Source: an uncultured delta proteobacterium
GTDB taxonomy: Bacteria; Desulfobacterota; Binatia; UBA9968
Assembly (NCBI GenBank): GCA_963767275.1
Contig: CAVYDL010000006.1
Location: 296,379 to 360,378, forward strand
Length of the DNA: 64,000 bases
Direction of reading: 5' to 3'
Shown here piece by piece: positions 48,052-57,166 of this stretch. The position numbers and the translations under genes are program-made. Numbering within the stretch: position 1 is the stretch's first letter; each line of letters starts with the position of its first letter. Below the pieces are notes generated by a model, which did no database searches, was not told where the DNA came from, and was given only the letters and a program-made list of their open reading frames with translations.

Positions 48052-48286
48052 GAAAACCTCCCGAAATTTATTCGTGACGTCAATGCGCTGCGGAATCTTT
48101 TACAGCTCCCCGCGGTGTTGTCAAGATGAACCTTGGCCCCAGGTTGCGCTCGGCGCGCCGGGACTTTTTAGTTGACATGGCGCCGGGCTGAGACTAGTCA
48201 TGGGCCAAGTTACGACTCGTTGTTATCCAATCCTTGTTGCCAGGATGAAGAAAGTCTTCGGCGATTAGAAATGCGGAGGTTACCCC

Positions 48287-49438
48287 ATGGCGCGCGACGG
48301 TTACAAGATCCTCGACAGCGATATGCATGTTTTCGAACCCTACGATCTTTACGAGAAATACATGGACGCCAAATGGGGTGAGCGCATACCCCGGGGCAAG
48401 CCGCGCACCAAGCATGGGCAAATAAAATTTACTTACTCTGACGGCCGGCTGCTGCGTCCTTCGGGCACCCAAGCGTTAGCCGCGACCGCGCCCAATCCCA
48501 ACAGCGGCGAAAGCTCGCCCGGAGAAGCCCAGGTCGCGCATCGTTATGCCAAGCCTCTGGCGCGCGATTATGATGCCGTATCGCAGCTGGCAGCGATGGA
48601 CGACGAAGGGTTGGACGTCGCGGTGTTGTTCAGGACTTTTCCGCTTCACTGCGACGATAGTTTGGAGCCCGAATACGCCAACGCGCTGTGCCGTGCATGG
48701 AATGACTGGATGGCGGATTTTTGCAGGGTGAATCCTGAACGGCTGCGGCCATCGGCGCTGATCACCCTGCACGATGTCGATCTGGCGGTGGACGAGACCC
48801 GGCGCGCGATTAACCAGTTGGGCGCCATTTGTCTTTGTCTCGTCCCCGAGCCGAGCAATGGCAAACATATCCATGACCGTTATTACGACCCGGTATGGCG
48901 CGAAGCGGAAAAGCTCGGCGTGCCGGTCTGTTTCCATCCAGCGGCGAGCCCCAATCAGGATCAAGCGGTGCACCGTTTTCGCGGCCACGCCAACGAGGCG
49001 GTGCTGATCAATGCGTTTCGCAATCCCGTCGAACTCATGTTCGCCGTCGGCAGCTTCTGCGCCGGCGGTGTCCTCGAAAGATTTCCCAATCTCCGGGTGG
49101 CGTTTCTCGAGGGCAACTGCGGTTGGCTGCCCTGGGCGCTGTATCGTTTGGACGAGCGCTGGGAGATGCGCAAAGAGTACTGCAATGAAACCATGAGCAT
49201 GAAGCCGAGCGACTATTTCCTGCGCCAGTGTTTCATCTCCGTCGATGTCGAAGAGGATCTGCTCGGCGACGTGATTAACCGGATCGGCGATGATAACGTC
49301 GTGCTCTCGACCGATTATCCCCACGCAGACTCGCACTGGCCCGACGCCGTCAACCACTTCATGGCGATGGAAATGCCGAGCGGCGCGCGCAAGAAGATTC
49401 TGTGGGACAACTGCGCGCGGCTGTATGGCGTGAGTTAA
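48287..49438 (+). CDS. Amidohydrolase-2 family (ACMSD-like metal-dependent hydrolase/decarboxylase)
   Basis: 383 aa. GGAGG upstream. N-terminal HxF-type metal motif (ILDSDMHVFEP) and C-terminal DYPHAD block. Confidence 0.75.
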   Translation: MARDGYKILDSDMHVFEPYDLYEKYMDAKWGERIPRGKPRTKHGQIKFTYSDGRLLRPSGTQALAATAPNPNSGESSPGEAQVAHRYAKPLARDYDAVSQLAAMDDEGLDVAVLFRTFPLHCDDSLEPEYANALCRAWNDWMADFCRVNPERLRPSALITLHDVDLAVDETRRAINQLGAICLCLVPEPSNGKHIHDRYYDPVWREAEKLGVPVCFHPAASPNQDQAVHRFRGHANEAVLINAFRNPVELMFAVGSFCAGGVLERFPNLRVAFLEGNCGWLPWALYRLDERWEMRKEYCNETMSMKPSDYFLRQCFISVDVEEDLLGDVINRIGDDNVVLSTDYPHADSHWPDAVNHFMAMEMPSGARKKILWDNCARLYGVS

Positions 49439-49807
49439 GAATAAATCGGCTGCAAATAACGCAAAGGGAGAAAAACGCGGAGGGAAAGACTCACCACGAA
49501 GGATATGAAAAGCACGAAATTCGGCGTTTCAATTCCCGAAACCTTGGTGTCCTTCGTGCCTCCTTCGAAAATATATGTAATGGTCGCCGATATGAACAGG
49601 GTATCTGCGTTTCGTCATACCCGCTAAAGCGTGTATCCAGGCTAATTGGGCGCAGATCAAACCTGGATTCCGCGTGCGCGGGAATGACGCGTCGAGTAGA
49701 CTGCCTATGGAGCGAATCCCATGCATTTTCATATTCTGTAGACGAGCGTAGATCATGATTCACTTCGTGGTGAAACGGAAGGTTATTGATCAAGGAGACA
49801 CTACTGC

Positions 49808-50737
49808 ATGGCAAATCATATTCCCTGCGGCATTGAGCTGCCGCAAGTATTTTTCGACGGACCTGCTGACATGGAACATATCCGCAAGTTCGCGGCGCGG
49901 GCGGAGGCTCTGGGCTTCGACAGCCTGTGGTTGCAAGAGCGCATCATCGGCGATTTCACCATGCTCGAACCGGTAACGCTGCTCAGCTACGTCGCGGCGA
50001 TTACAACGAAATTAAAATTAGGCACTTCGGTGATTCTTTTACCGCTGCGCAATCCGGTGCAATTGGCCAAGGCCTATTCCACTCTCGACGTCATGAGCGG
50101 CGGACGGGCGGTGATGGGTGTCGGTCTTGGTGGCGGTCATTTGGGCTCTCACGAGGACGTGTTCGGCTACACGCGCGAAGGACGGGTGACGCGATTCACC
50201 GAGGCTGTGCAGATCATGAAACTTCTTTGGACCGAATCTAAAGCGAGCTTTCATGGCCGTTACTGGAATTTTGACGACGTTTCGATGGAACCTAAGCCAA
50301 TGCAAAAACCCCATCTGCCGATCATCTTCGGCGGCCATCATGAGAACGCCCTGCGCCGCGCGGTGAAATACGCCAATGGCTGGATGGGCGCGGGTTCGTC
50401 TTCAGCCGTTTCATTTATTCGCGAGTCGACGCGGATTCGCGACATGCTCGCCGAATCCAAGCGAGATCCGGCAACATTCCATTTTGCCAAACGGGTTTAC
50501 ATGGCGGTGGACAACGACGAAGCGCGCGGCGAACGGCGCATCCGTGACTGGTTTGGCCGGCGTTACAAAAATGCCGAGCTTGGCCCGAAGGTTTCAGTCT
50601 GGGGCAGCGCCGCCAAGTGCACGGAGCAAATCCAAGCCATCGTCAAGGCCGGCGCGCAACAGATCGTCTTCAACCCGATGTTCGATGAGGCGGAGCATTT
50701 AGAAATCTGCGCCAAGGAGATCATGCCGCAATTGTGA
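49808..50737 (+). CDS. LLM-class (luciferase-like) flavin/F420-dependent oxidoreductase
   Basis: 309 aa. TIM-barrel LLM blocks (FDSLWLQER, LGTSVILLPLRNPVQLAK). AAGGAG upstream. Confidence 0.8.
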   Translation: MANHIPCGIELPQVFFDGPADMEHIRKFAARAEALGFDSLWLQERIIGDFTMLEPVTLLSYVAAITTKLKLGTSVILLPLRNPVQLAKAYSTLDVMSGGRAVMGVGLGGGHLGSHEDVFGYTREGRVTRFTEAVQIMKLLWTESKASFHGRYWNFDDVSMEPKPMQKPHLPIIFGGHHENALRRAVKYANGWMGAGSSSAVSFIRESTRIRDMLAESKRDPATFHFAKRVYMAVDNDEARGERRIRDWFGRRYKNAELGPKVSVWGSAAKCTEQIQAIVKAGAQQIVFNPMFDEAEHLEICAKEIMPQL

Positions 50738-51125
50738 AAGTTTTTTTATTAGCGATTTCTCCGATCATTGGCAAGGCGCGGTTATCGGACTAAAATGAGA
50801 CCTAACGCTTGCCTGTACACTGAGTACGCTGACGGGGCCGGTGAATTTTTCGACCATAACCTTCAGCGCTAATCATACTGTTTGAGTGAATGATTGTTGT
50901 CGCCGCTTTTCAATCCGTTCAGATATCTGTTTTCAATGCGTTGCACACTAGGTGGTGGCATTTTCACTGGACGAATCGACTTTGAGCGCGTCCGCTGAGG
51001 CGAACGAGCCATATGAGCGATGGGGGCAAGGATTTCCCGGGGAATTTCTTGCTAATAACTTAAATGCAGGCTAATTCAATAAATAGTTTTGCCGATTAAA
51101 AGTACCTCTGTATCTCAACGCGGCC

Positions 51126-54100
51126 TTGGCTCACCGGCATTCCCTGGCCGTTGGTATGGCTAAACGGGCTTCGATGGCGGCGAACAAATCTCTCAAACAT
51201 TTATCGACGGGGCAGCGCCCAAACCCGAAACGACAAAGCGCTCCCGGTGAAATCAAGCGGGCGATGGTATCAATCGTCGGCATTGGCGCATCGGCCGGCG
51301 GGCTCAAAGCCTTTGAGGGGTTTTTTGCCAGCATGCCGGCCGCCAGCGGCGCCGGGTTCGTTTTGATTCCTCATCTCGACCCGAACCATGTGAGCATGCT
51401 GCCCGAGCTGCTCAAAAATTACACCGAGATGGCGATCGTCCAGGCCGCTCAGGGCATGAGGGTCGAGCCCAACCGAATCCATGTGATTCCACCCAATAAC
51501 TCAATGACGATCGCCGATGGCGTGTTGCAGTTGCAGGTGCTCAAAGAGCCGAGGGGCCTGCGCTTGCCGATCGATGTTTTCTTCACCTCCCTGGCGGGGG
51601 ATCGCGGCGCGCGCGCGGTCGGGATTATTCTCTCAGGCAACGGCAGGGACGGAACACTGGGGCTCGCAGCGATCAAAGCGCGCTCCGGCATGGCGATGGC
51701 CCAGGAGCCGGCAACCGCGGAGTATGATGGCATGCCGCGCAGCGCCATCGAGTCGCAATCGGTGGACTATGTGCTGCCACCCGAGAAGCTGGCGCGGCAA
51801 CTCATGGACTACTTGCAAGGCGCGGTACCCCTTCCCGTCTTCACCGGCGACAAAAAATCCGAGCCGCTGCAACGCATCTTCCAATTGCTGCACGCGCGCA
51901 CCGGTCATGATTTTTCCTTGTACAAAAGCAATATTATCGGCCGGCGCATCGAACGGCGCATGAATCTGCACCAGCTCGACAAGACGGCCCATTATGCCAG
52001 TTATGTGGCGCGCCGGCCGCAGGAATGCGACGCGCTTTTCAAAGAGCTGTTGATCGGCGTGACGAGTTTTTTTCGCGATCGGGAAGCCTTTGAAGTATTA
52101 CGCGGCGATGTCTTACCGCGTCTGCTCGCCAACCGTGCTGACGGCGACCCCGTGCGGGTTTGGGTGGCCGGCTGTGCGAGCGGCGAAGAGGTTTATTCGA
52201 TCGCCATGGTCTTACGCGAGTGCATGGAAACGCTCAAAAAAAATTTTAATCTGCAAATTTTCGCCAGTGATATCGACACCGATGCATTGACAGTGGCACG
52301 CGCCGGGTTATACCCCGCCAGCATCGCCGCGGATGTCGGTCCCGAGCGTTTGAAACGGTTTTTCACCGCCGAAGGGAATGGCTTTCGGATCATCAAAGAT
52401 ATCCGGCAGGCGGTGACATTTGCGCTCCATGACGTGCTCAAAGATCCGCCGTTTACCAAACTCGATCTGCTGAGCTGCCGTAATCTGCTGATTTATCTCG
52501 ATGCCGAGGCGCAAAGAAAACTTTTGCCGCTGTTCCATTTCGCCATCAAATCAGGCGGCATTTTATTGCTGGGTTCGTCCGAGAGTATCGACCAGCACGC
52601 CGATCTGTTCACGGCCATCGGCAAAAAATCGAAGTCCTTCAAACGCCGGCCGAGCGCGGTCGCCGCCGCGCTGGTGCAGTTTCCGTCGGCGCGGCCGCTC
52701 CTGAAAAGGGATGATCTCATGGCTGTGTCTCCCAACCCGCCGGCAAAAAAACCCCGGCTCTCCGCAGTCACGGAAAAGCTATTGGCGCGGATCGCCAATA
52801 GCGCGCCGCCCTGCGTATTTGTCGATACGAGCGACGAGATTTTCTTTGCCCACGGCAAAACCGGGAAATATCTTGAAATCGCCCAAGGGCTCGCTCATTT
52901 CAATGTTCTTGAAATGGCGCGGCGGGAAATCCGCCATCCATTGGCCATCGCGATCCGCAGGGCCAGAGCGCAAGCCAAGCGCCATGCCGGTGGCGCGGTC
53001 CGGCTCCAGGTCAACGGCGGCAACCAAGAGATCGCCTTGACCGTCGCCCCCGTGGCCGAGATTGGCGACAATGGCGACCTGCTGATGGTGACCTTCGAAG
53101 ACATCGCTGCCAAGCCAGTTAAAGTTGGCAGGGGGCGGAACGCATCGAACGCCACGGTAAGCCATCGTATCGCCCAGCTCGAGCAGGAGCTGGACTATAG
53201 CCGGCAAGACTTGCAGGCCAGCATCGAGGAGCTGCAAATGTCCAACCAAGAGCTGAAATCGTCGAACGAAGACTTGCAGTCCACGAACGAGGAGCTGCAG
53301 AGCGCCAACGAGGAATTGGAAACTTCCAAGGAGGAAATGCAGTCTTTGAACGAAGAACTGATTTCGGTCAACGCCGAACTGCATGAAAAATTCGCTGAGC
53401 TGGCCGGCGCGAACGACGACATGAAGAATTATCTCGACAGCACGAGGATCGCCACCGTGTTTCTTGACCGCCACCTTTCGATCAAGCGCTTTACCGCCGC
53501 GGCGAGCAGTGTCATCAATTTGATCCCAAGCGACATCGGCCGGCCGTTCCATCATATCGCCACCAAGCTGGAGGAGGATAATCTGCACGCGGACGCGGCG
53601 CAGGTCTTGGACTCTTCGGTGGCAAAGGAAAGACAGGTACGAAGCACGAATGGGCGCTGGTATCTATGCCGGACGATTCCCTACCGCACCCAGGATAACA
53701 GGGTTGACGGCGTGGTCATGACCTTGACCGACATGACCGAGCTGAAACTAGCCGAGTCCGCGGCCGCAGCCAAAAATCTCGCCGAGGGAATCGTCGACAC
53801 CGTGCGCGAGCCGTTGGTGGCGCTCGACGGCAAGCTTAACGTGGTCGCCGCTAACGACGCTTTTTACCGGCTGTTTCAGGTGGAGAGCGGGACGACGTTG
53901 GCGCAATCCTTTCTCGAGCTGGGCAATCGCCAGTGGGACATCCCCGCACTGCGCGAGTTGTTGGAGAAGGTTTTGCCGCAAAACGGCCAAGTCGAAGATT
54001 TCGTCGTCGAGCATGACTTTCCAAAAATTGGCAGAAAAAAAATGATCGTCAATGCACGGCGCATTTTTCGCGCGGGCGTTGGCACGGAGACTATTCTTTT

Positions 54101-54131
54101 GGCGATCAACCAAGCCATTCCAAACATTTGA
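51126..54131 (+). CDS. CheB methylesterase - CheR methyltransferase - coiled-coil - PAS fusion signalling protein
   Basis: 1001 aa. The CheB domain comes first (VVGIGASAGGLKAFEGFF...HLDPNH), followed by the CheR SAM-MTase (VWVAGCASGEEVYSIAM). A heptad coiled coil follows (LEQELDYSRQDLQASIEELQMSNQELKSSNEDLQSTNEELQSANEELETS), then a C-terminal PAS-like region. Confidence 0.8.
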   Translation: MAHRHSLAVGMAKRASMAANKSLKHLSTGQRPNPKRQSAPGEIKRAMVSIVGIGASAGGLKAFEGFFASMPAASGAGFVLIPHLDPNHVSMLPELLKNYTEMAIVQAAQGMRVEPNRIHVIPPNNSMTIADGVLQLQVLKEPRGLRLPIDVFFTSLAGDRGARAVGIILSGNGRDGTLGLAAIKARSGMAMAQEPATAEYDGMPRSAIESQSVDYVLPPEKLARQLMDYLQGAVPLPVFTGDKKSEPLQRIFQLLHARTGHDFSLYKSNIIGRRIERRMNLHQLDKTAHYASYVARRPQECDALFKELLIGVTSFFRDREAFEVLRGDVLPRLLANRADGDPVRVWVAGCASGEEVYSIAMVLRECMETLKKNFNLQIFASDIDTDALTVARAGLYPASIAADVGPERLKRFFTAEGNGFRIIKDIRQAVTFALHDVLKDPPFTKLDLLSCRNLLIYLDAEAQRKLLPLFHFAIKSGGILLLGSSESIDQHADLFTAIGKKSKSFKRRPSAVAAALVQFPSARPLLKRDDLMAVSPNPPAKKPRLSAVTEKLLARIANSAPPCVFVDTSDEIFFAHGKTGKYLEIAQGLAHFNVLEMARREIRHPLAIAIRRARAQAKRHAGGAVRLQVNGGNQEIALTVAPVAEIGDNGDLLMVTFEDIAAKPVKVGRGRNASNATVSHRIAQLEQELDYSRQDLQASIEELQMSNQELKSSNEDLQSTNEELQSANEELETSKEEMQSLNEELISVNAELHEKFAELAGANDDMKNYLDSTRIATVFLDRHLSIKRFTAAASSVINLIPSDIGRPFHHIATKLEEDNLHADAAQVLDSSVAKERQVRSTNGRWYLCRTIPYRTQDNRVDGVVMTLTDMTELKLAESAAAAKNLAEGIVDTVREPLVALDGKLNVVAANDAFYRLFQVESGTTLAQSFLELGNRQWDIPALRELLEKVLPQNGQVEDFVVEHDFPKIGRKKMIVNARRIFRAGVGTETILLAINQAIPNI

Positions 54132-54134
54132 GGT

Positions 54135-55883
54135 GTGCAAATGGCCGCGGACGACAGCAAGAAAAAAGCCGGGAGCGATCTACGTGAAAAGGCCGTGCGA
54201 CAAATCACCCGGCTCGAGCAAGAGCCGGGCTCGCATGTGAACGCCGGGGTTTCCGAACTGATTCATGAACTTCAAGTGCATCAGATCGAGCTGGAAATGC
54301 AGAACGAGGAACTGCAACGCAGCCAGGCCGACCTTGCGGCGGCGAAAAACAAATATTTCGATCTCTATGAATTGGCGCCGGTTGGTTATGCGACTCTCGA
54401 CCGGCTCGGGACGATCCAGGAGATCAATCTGGCCGGTGCGGAGCTGCTTGGCACAGAGCGGCGTTACCTCAAAGGCCGCCGCTTTGCCACCTCGGTGACC
54501 GGCGCCGACCGCAATGAATTTCAAAGTTTCTTCCGGCGTCTTTTTGAGAATTCGGGGCGGGAAGAAGTGGATCTCCGGCTGGCGCCCGCCGAGCGGCCGC
54601 CGTTGAATGTTTTGCTGTCGGCTGTGGCGGTTCCTGACATCGAGGGGAAGCTGGTTCATTGCCAGGTCGCCATCACCGATATCAGCACGCGCATAAAAGC
54701 CGAAAATGCCTTGCGCAAAATGACCGAAGACTTAGATCGCCGCGTCGTCGAACGGACACGAGAGCTGGCGGAGTCCCAAGCGCGCTTGCGCGCCTTGGTA
54801 GCCGAGTTGTCGCGGGCCGAGGAGCGCGAGCGGCGCCGCCTGGCGGTGGAGTTACACGATCATCTGGCGCAGATGCTCACCCTCAGCCGGTTGAATATCG
54901 GCCGGGCGGAAAAGCTTGCACTGGATGGCACTTTGAAGGATCGGCTGGCCGAAGCGCAACGGGCACTGGACGAATCGATCTCCTATACGCGTTCGCTGAT
55001 GACCCAACTCCATCCGCGCGTGCTCGATCATCAGGGACTGCCACAGGCGCTCGCATGGCTCGGCGCCCAACAGCAGGAACGGCATGGACTCAATGTCGAG
55101 CTCCGCGGTGAGGCTGAAGAATTTCCCTTGGACGCGGCGCGTGCCGATCTAGCCTTCCAATGTGCCCGTGAGCTTTTGTGGAACGTCGTCAAGCATGCCC
55201 AGGCAAACCAGGCGACTGTTACCTATGCGCTGGCGGACGGCGAGTTGACGGTCGAAGTCGCCGACGATGGCCGGGGATTCGATCCTGACAGCGTGCGCGG
55301 CGATGACCAGGGCGGCGACAATTTTGGACTTTTCATCATCCGCGAGCGCGTCAAGCGGGTTGGCGGCGCGTTTGAAATTGTCGCGCAGCCGGGGCGGGGC
55401 GCGCGGGTACGATTTAGCTTGCCGCCGCCTACAGAAGCAGCGCAGGCGGCGAGCCATCCTCTTATACCAGCGAGGGCGGTGCTGACGACGGGAAAACGGT
55501 TAAGCGTGGTGCTGGTGGACGATCACGATGTGGTGCGCTGGGGCCTACGGCAAATACTCGATGAGTTCGCCGACCTTACAGTAGTCGGCGAAGCCAAAGA
55601 CGGTAAAGCAGGCGTCGAGTTGGCGCGCCGGCTTAAACCCGACGTGGTCGTGATGGATATCAACATGCCGCGCATGAACGGCATCGAAGCGACCAAGTTA
55701 ATTACCCAGGAGCTGCCGTCGACGATCGTCGTTGGGCTGTCCTTTGATATCGGAGCCGAGATAACCCAAACGATGAAAGACGCTGGCGCCTTCACCTGCG
55801 TTAACAAGGAACGGGCGGTGGAGAATATTTACCAAGCGATCAAGGACGCGGTGGAGGACCGGCGGGAGACGGCGGCAGAATAA
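54135..55883 (+). CDS. Hybrid sensor histidine kinase (PAS - HisKA_3 - HATPase - receiver)
   Basis: 582 aa. An N-terminal coiled-coil/PAS region is followed by the H-box ELHDHLAQ and the ATPase G-boxes (DDGRGF, GLFIIRERV). A C-terminal REC domain is present (VVLVDDHDVVR...VVMDINMP). Starts 3 nt after the upstream gene. Confidence 0.8.
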   Translation: MQMAADDSKKKAGSDLREKAVRQITRLEQEPGSHVNAGVSELIHELQVHQIELEMQNEELQRSQADLAAAKNKYFDLYELAPVGYATLDRLGTIQEINLAGAELLGTERRYLKGRRFATSVTGADRNEFQSFFRRLFENSGREEVDLRLAPAERPPLNVLLSAVAVPDIEGKLVHCQVAITDISTRIKAENALRKMTEDLDRRVVERTRELAESQARLRALVAELSRAEERERRRLAVELHDHLAQMLTLSRLNIGRAEKLALDGTLKDRLAEAQRALDESISYTRSLMTQLHPRVLDHQGLPQALAWLGAQQQERHGLNVELRGEAEEFPLDAARADLAFQCARELLWNVVKHAQANQATVTYALADGELTVEVADDGRGFDPDSVRGDDQGGDNFGLFIIRERVKRVGGAFEIVAQPGRGARVRFSLPPPTEAAQAASHPLIPARAVLTTGKRLSVVLVDDHDVVRWGLRQILDEFADLTVVGEAKDGKAGVELARRLKPDVVVMDINMPRMNGIEATKLITQELPSTIVVGLSFDIGAEITQTMKDAGAFTCVNKERAVENIYQAIKDAVEDRRETAAE

Positions 55884-56092
55884 CGTCGGCATGTTTGTCA
55901 TAGCGCACCGACAAAGTATTCCAGCAGCCGAAAACATTCCCCTCGCCAAAGCAGGACCGAATCTCTTCACCGAAACGGTCTGACTTGTTGACAGTTCGCG
56001 CCGTGAGAAATCTCATTTAGGTTCTTTAAATTAACCGGGGTGTCGGGTTTGGGCCCTACTTTGCGTCGTTTGCATCAACCTCAACGGCGCGC

Positions 56093-56755
56093 TTACTGGA
56101 TGACGACGATCTTCGTCGGCGAGATCTCTAGCTGGCGAATGTTGGCGGGCAGGTCAAACGGTTTTTCGAGATCGAAACCGTTGGGGTTGCGTCGGGTTTT
56201 ACTGTGGGTCGATAGCAGTTCCAGCGCCAGGTCGCGCGGCAGCGGAATTCCGTTTACCTCGGTCGAATGCAATCTGAATTGCCCCTTGCCATCCCCGGTG
56301 TGTAAATCGCCGCGCACAAGAGCAGGCATCTTGCCGCTGAAATAATTGAGCGGGCCGGGACGCCGGCGCCGGCGTTTGAAGTCATCGATGTCGACGATGA
56401 CTCGTAGGGAGATCCGCGCGTTACCGAGAAGCCGCAATTGGGGCTCGCTAATACCGTTGGGAATCCAGTCTCCGGCAAAGCTGTTCAAGATGGTATTGAT
56501 CTCTGCTTCGGTGAAGCCGGTGGATTTTGCTGGCACTGGATCGAGGGCGCCATTGGCGATCACCTGGTCGATTTTTTCTTTCAGCTTGCCGCGTTCGTCG
56601 AGGGTTGCCGGTTTGGTGTCGATCGCTGAACAACTGACGTTGATCGCGACCAGCCCGGCGAGCGCGACATTAGCAAAAATTTGGCCGAAGAATTGGCGGT
56701 TTAGTCGATGATTCACTGCGTCAGCTGCGTCCGGAACTGCCGATAAAAAATACAC
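56093..56755 (-). CDS. Hypothetical secreted/lipoprotein-like protein
   Basis: 220-aa ORF with a hydrophobic N-terminal segment (FANVALAGLVAINVSCSAI). No family recognised. The start codon is uncertain. Confidence 0.45.
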   Translation of the reverse strand: MYFLSAVPDAADAVNHRLNRQFFGQIFANVALAGLVAINVSCSAIDTKPATLDERGKLKEKIDQVIANGALDPVPAKSTGFTEAEINTILNSFAGDWIPNGISEPQLRLLGNARISLRVIVDIDDFKRRRRRPGPLNYFSGKMPALVRGDLHTGDGKGQFRLHSTEVNGIPLPRDLALELLSTHSKTRRNPNGFDLEKPFDLPANIRQLEISPTKIVVIQ

Positions 56756-56940
56756 GGATTAGACGTCAACGGTTGGGCAGTGCTCTTTTTTGCACCGCGC
56801 TAACCTAAGAACTGCCTAGAAATCACCCACGCCGGGTTTCTATCAATTCAAACCCTTCGAAATTCAAGTACTTACATAAGTGGATCCGTGGCTTGGCTCT
56901 TGCTCCGTAGCTCGAGAGCTGAGCTATTTGGGAGGCAAGC

Positions 56941-57108
56941 ATGATTTTCGATTTAATTACCTATATTTTGTTAGGCAGCATCTTCGTCGTCAATACGCTG
57001 CGCATGTTTTTTGAGAAACCGAAGAACATTTTGCAATCAGCTCCGCTGCCGTGGCAGCGATTGTTGGGGCGGCGCTCCAATGCAGGATCCAAAGCGAACG
57101 GGTTTTAA
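56941..57108 (+). CDS. Small membrane protein (55 aa), not in ORF track
   Basis: GGGAGG at 56930-56935 lies 5 nt before the ATG at 56941. It encodes MIFDLITYILLGSIFVVNTLRMFFEKPKN... with one predicted TM helix and a basic tail. Stop TAA at 57106-57108. Confidence 0.4.
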   Translation: MIFDLITYILLGSIFVVNTLRMFFEKPKNILQSAPLPWQRLLGRRSNAGSKANGF

Positions 57109-57166
57109 CTCACCGACCAATCCGGCGGTCTCCTGGTGTCTGCGCCGTCTGAACCCGCCCGCCGGA

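Noticed and set aside
49491-49814. 107-aa minus-strand ORF across the LLM leader region
   Set aside because: Antisense to a structured leader with no SD and no family resemblance. It ends inside the start of the LLM gene.
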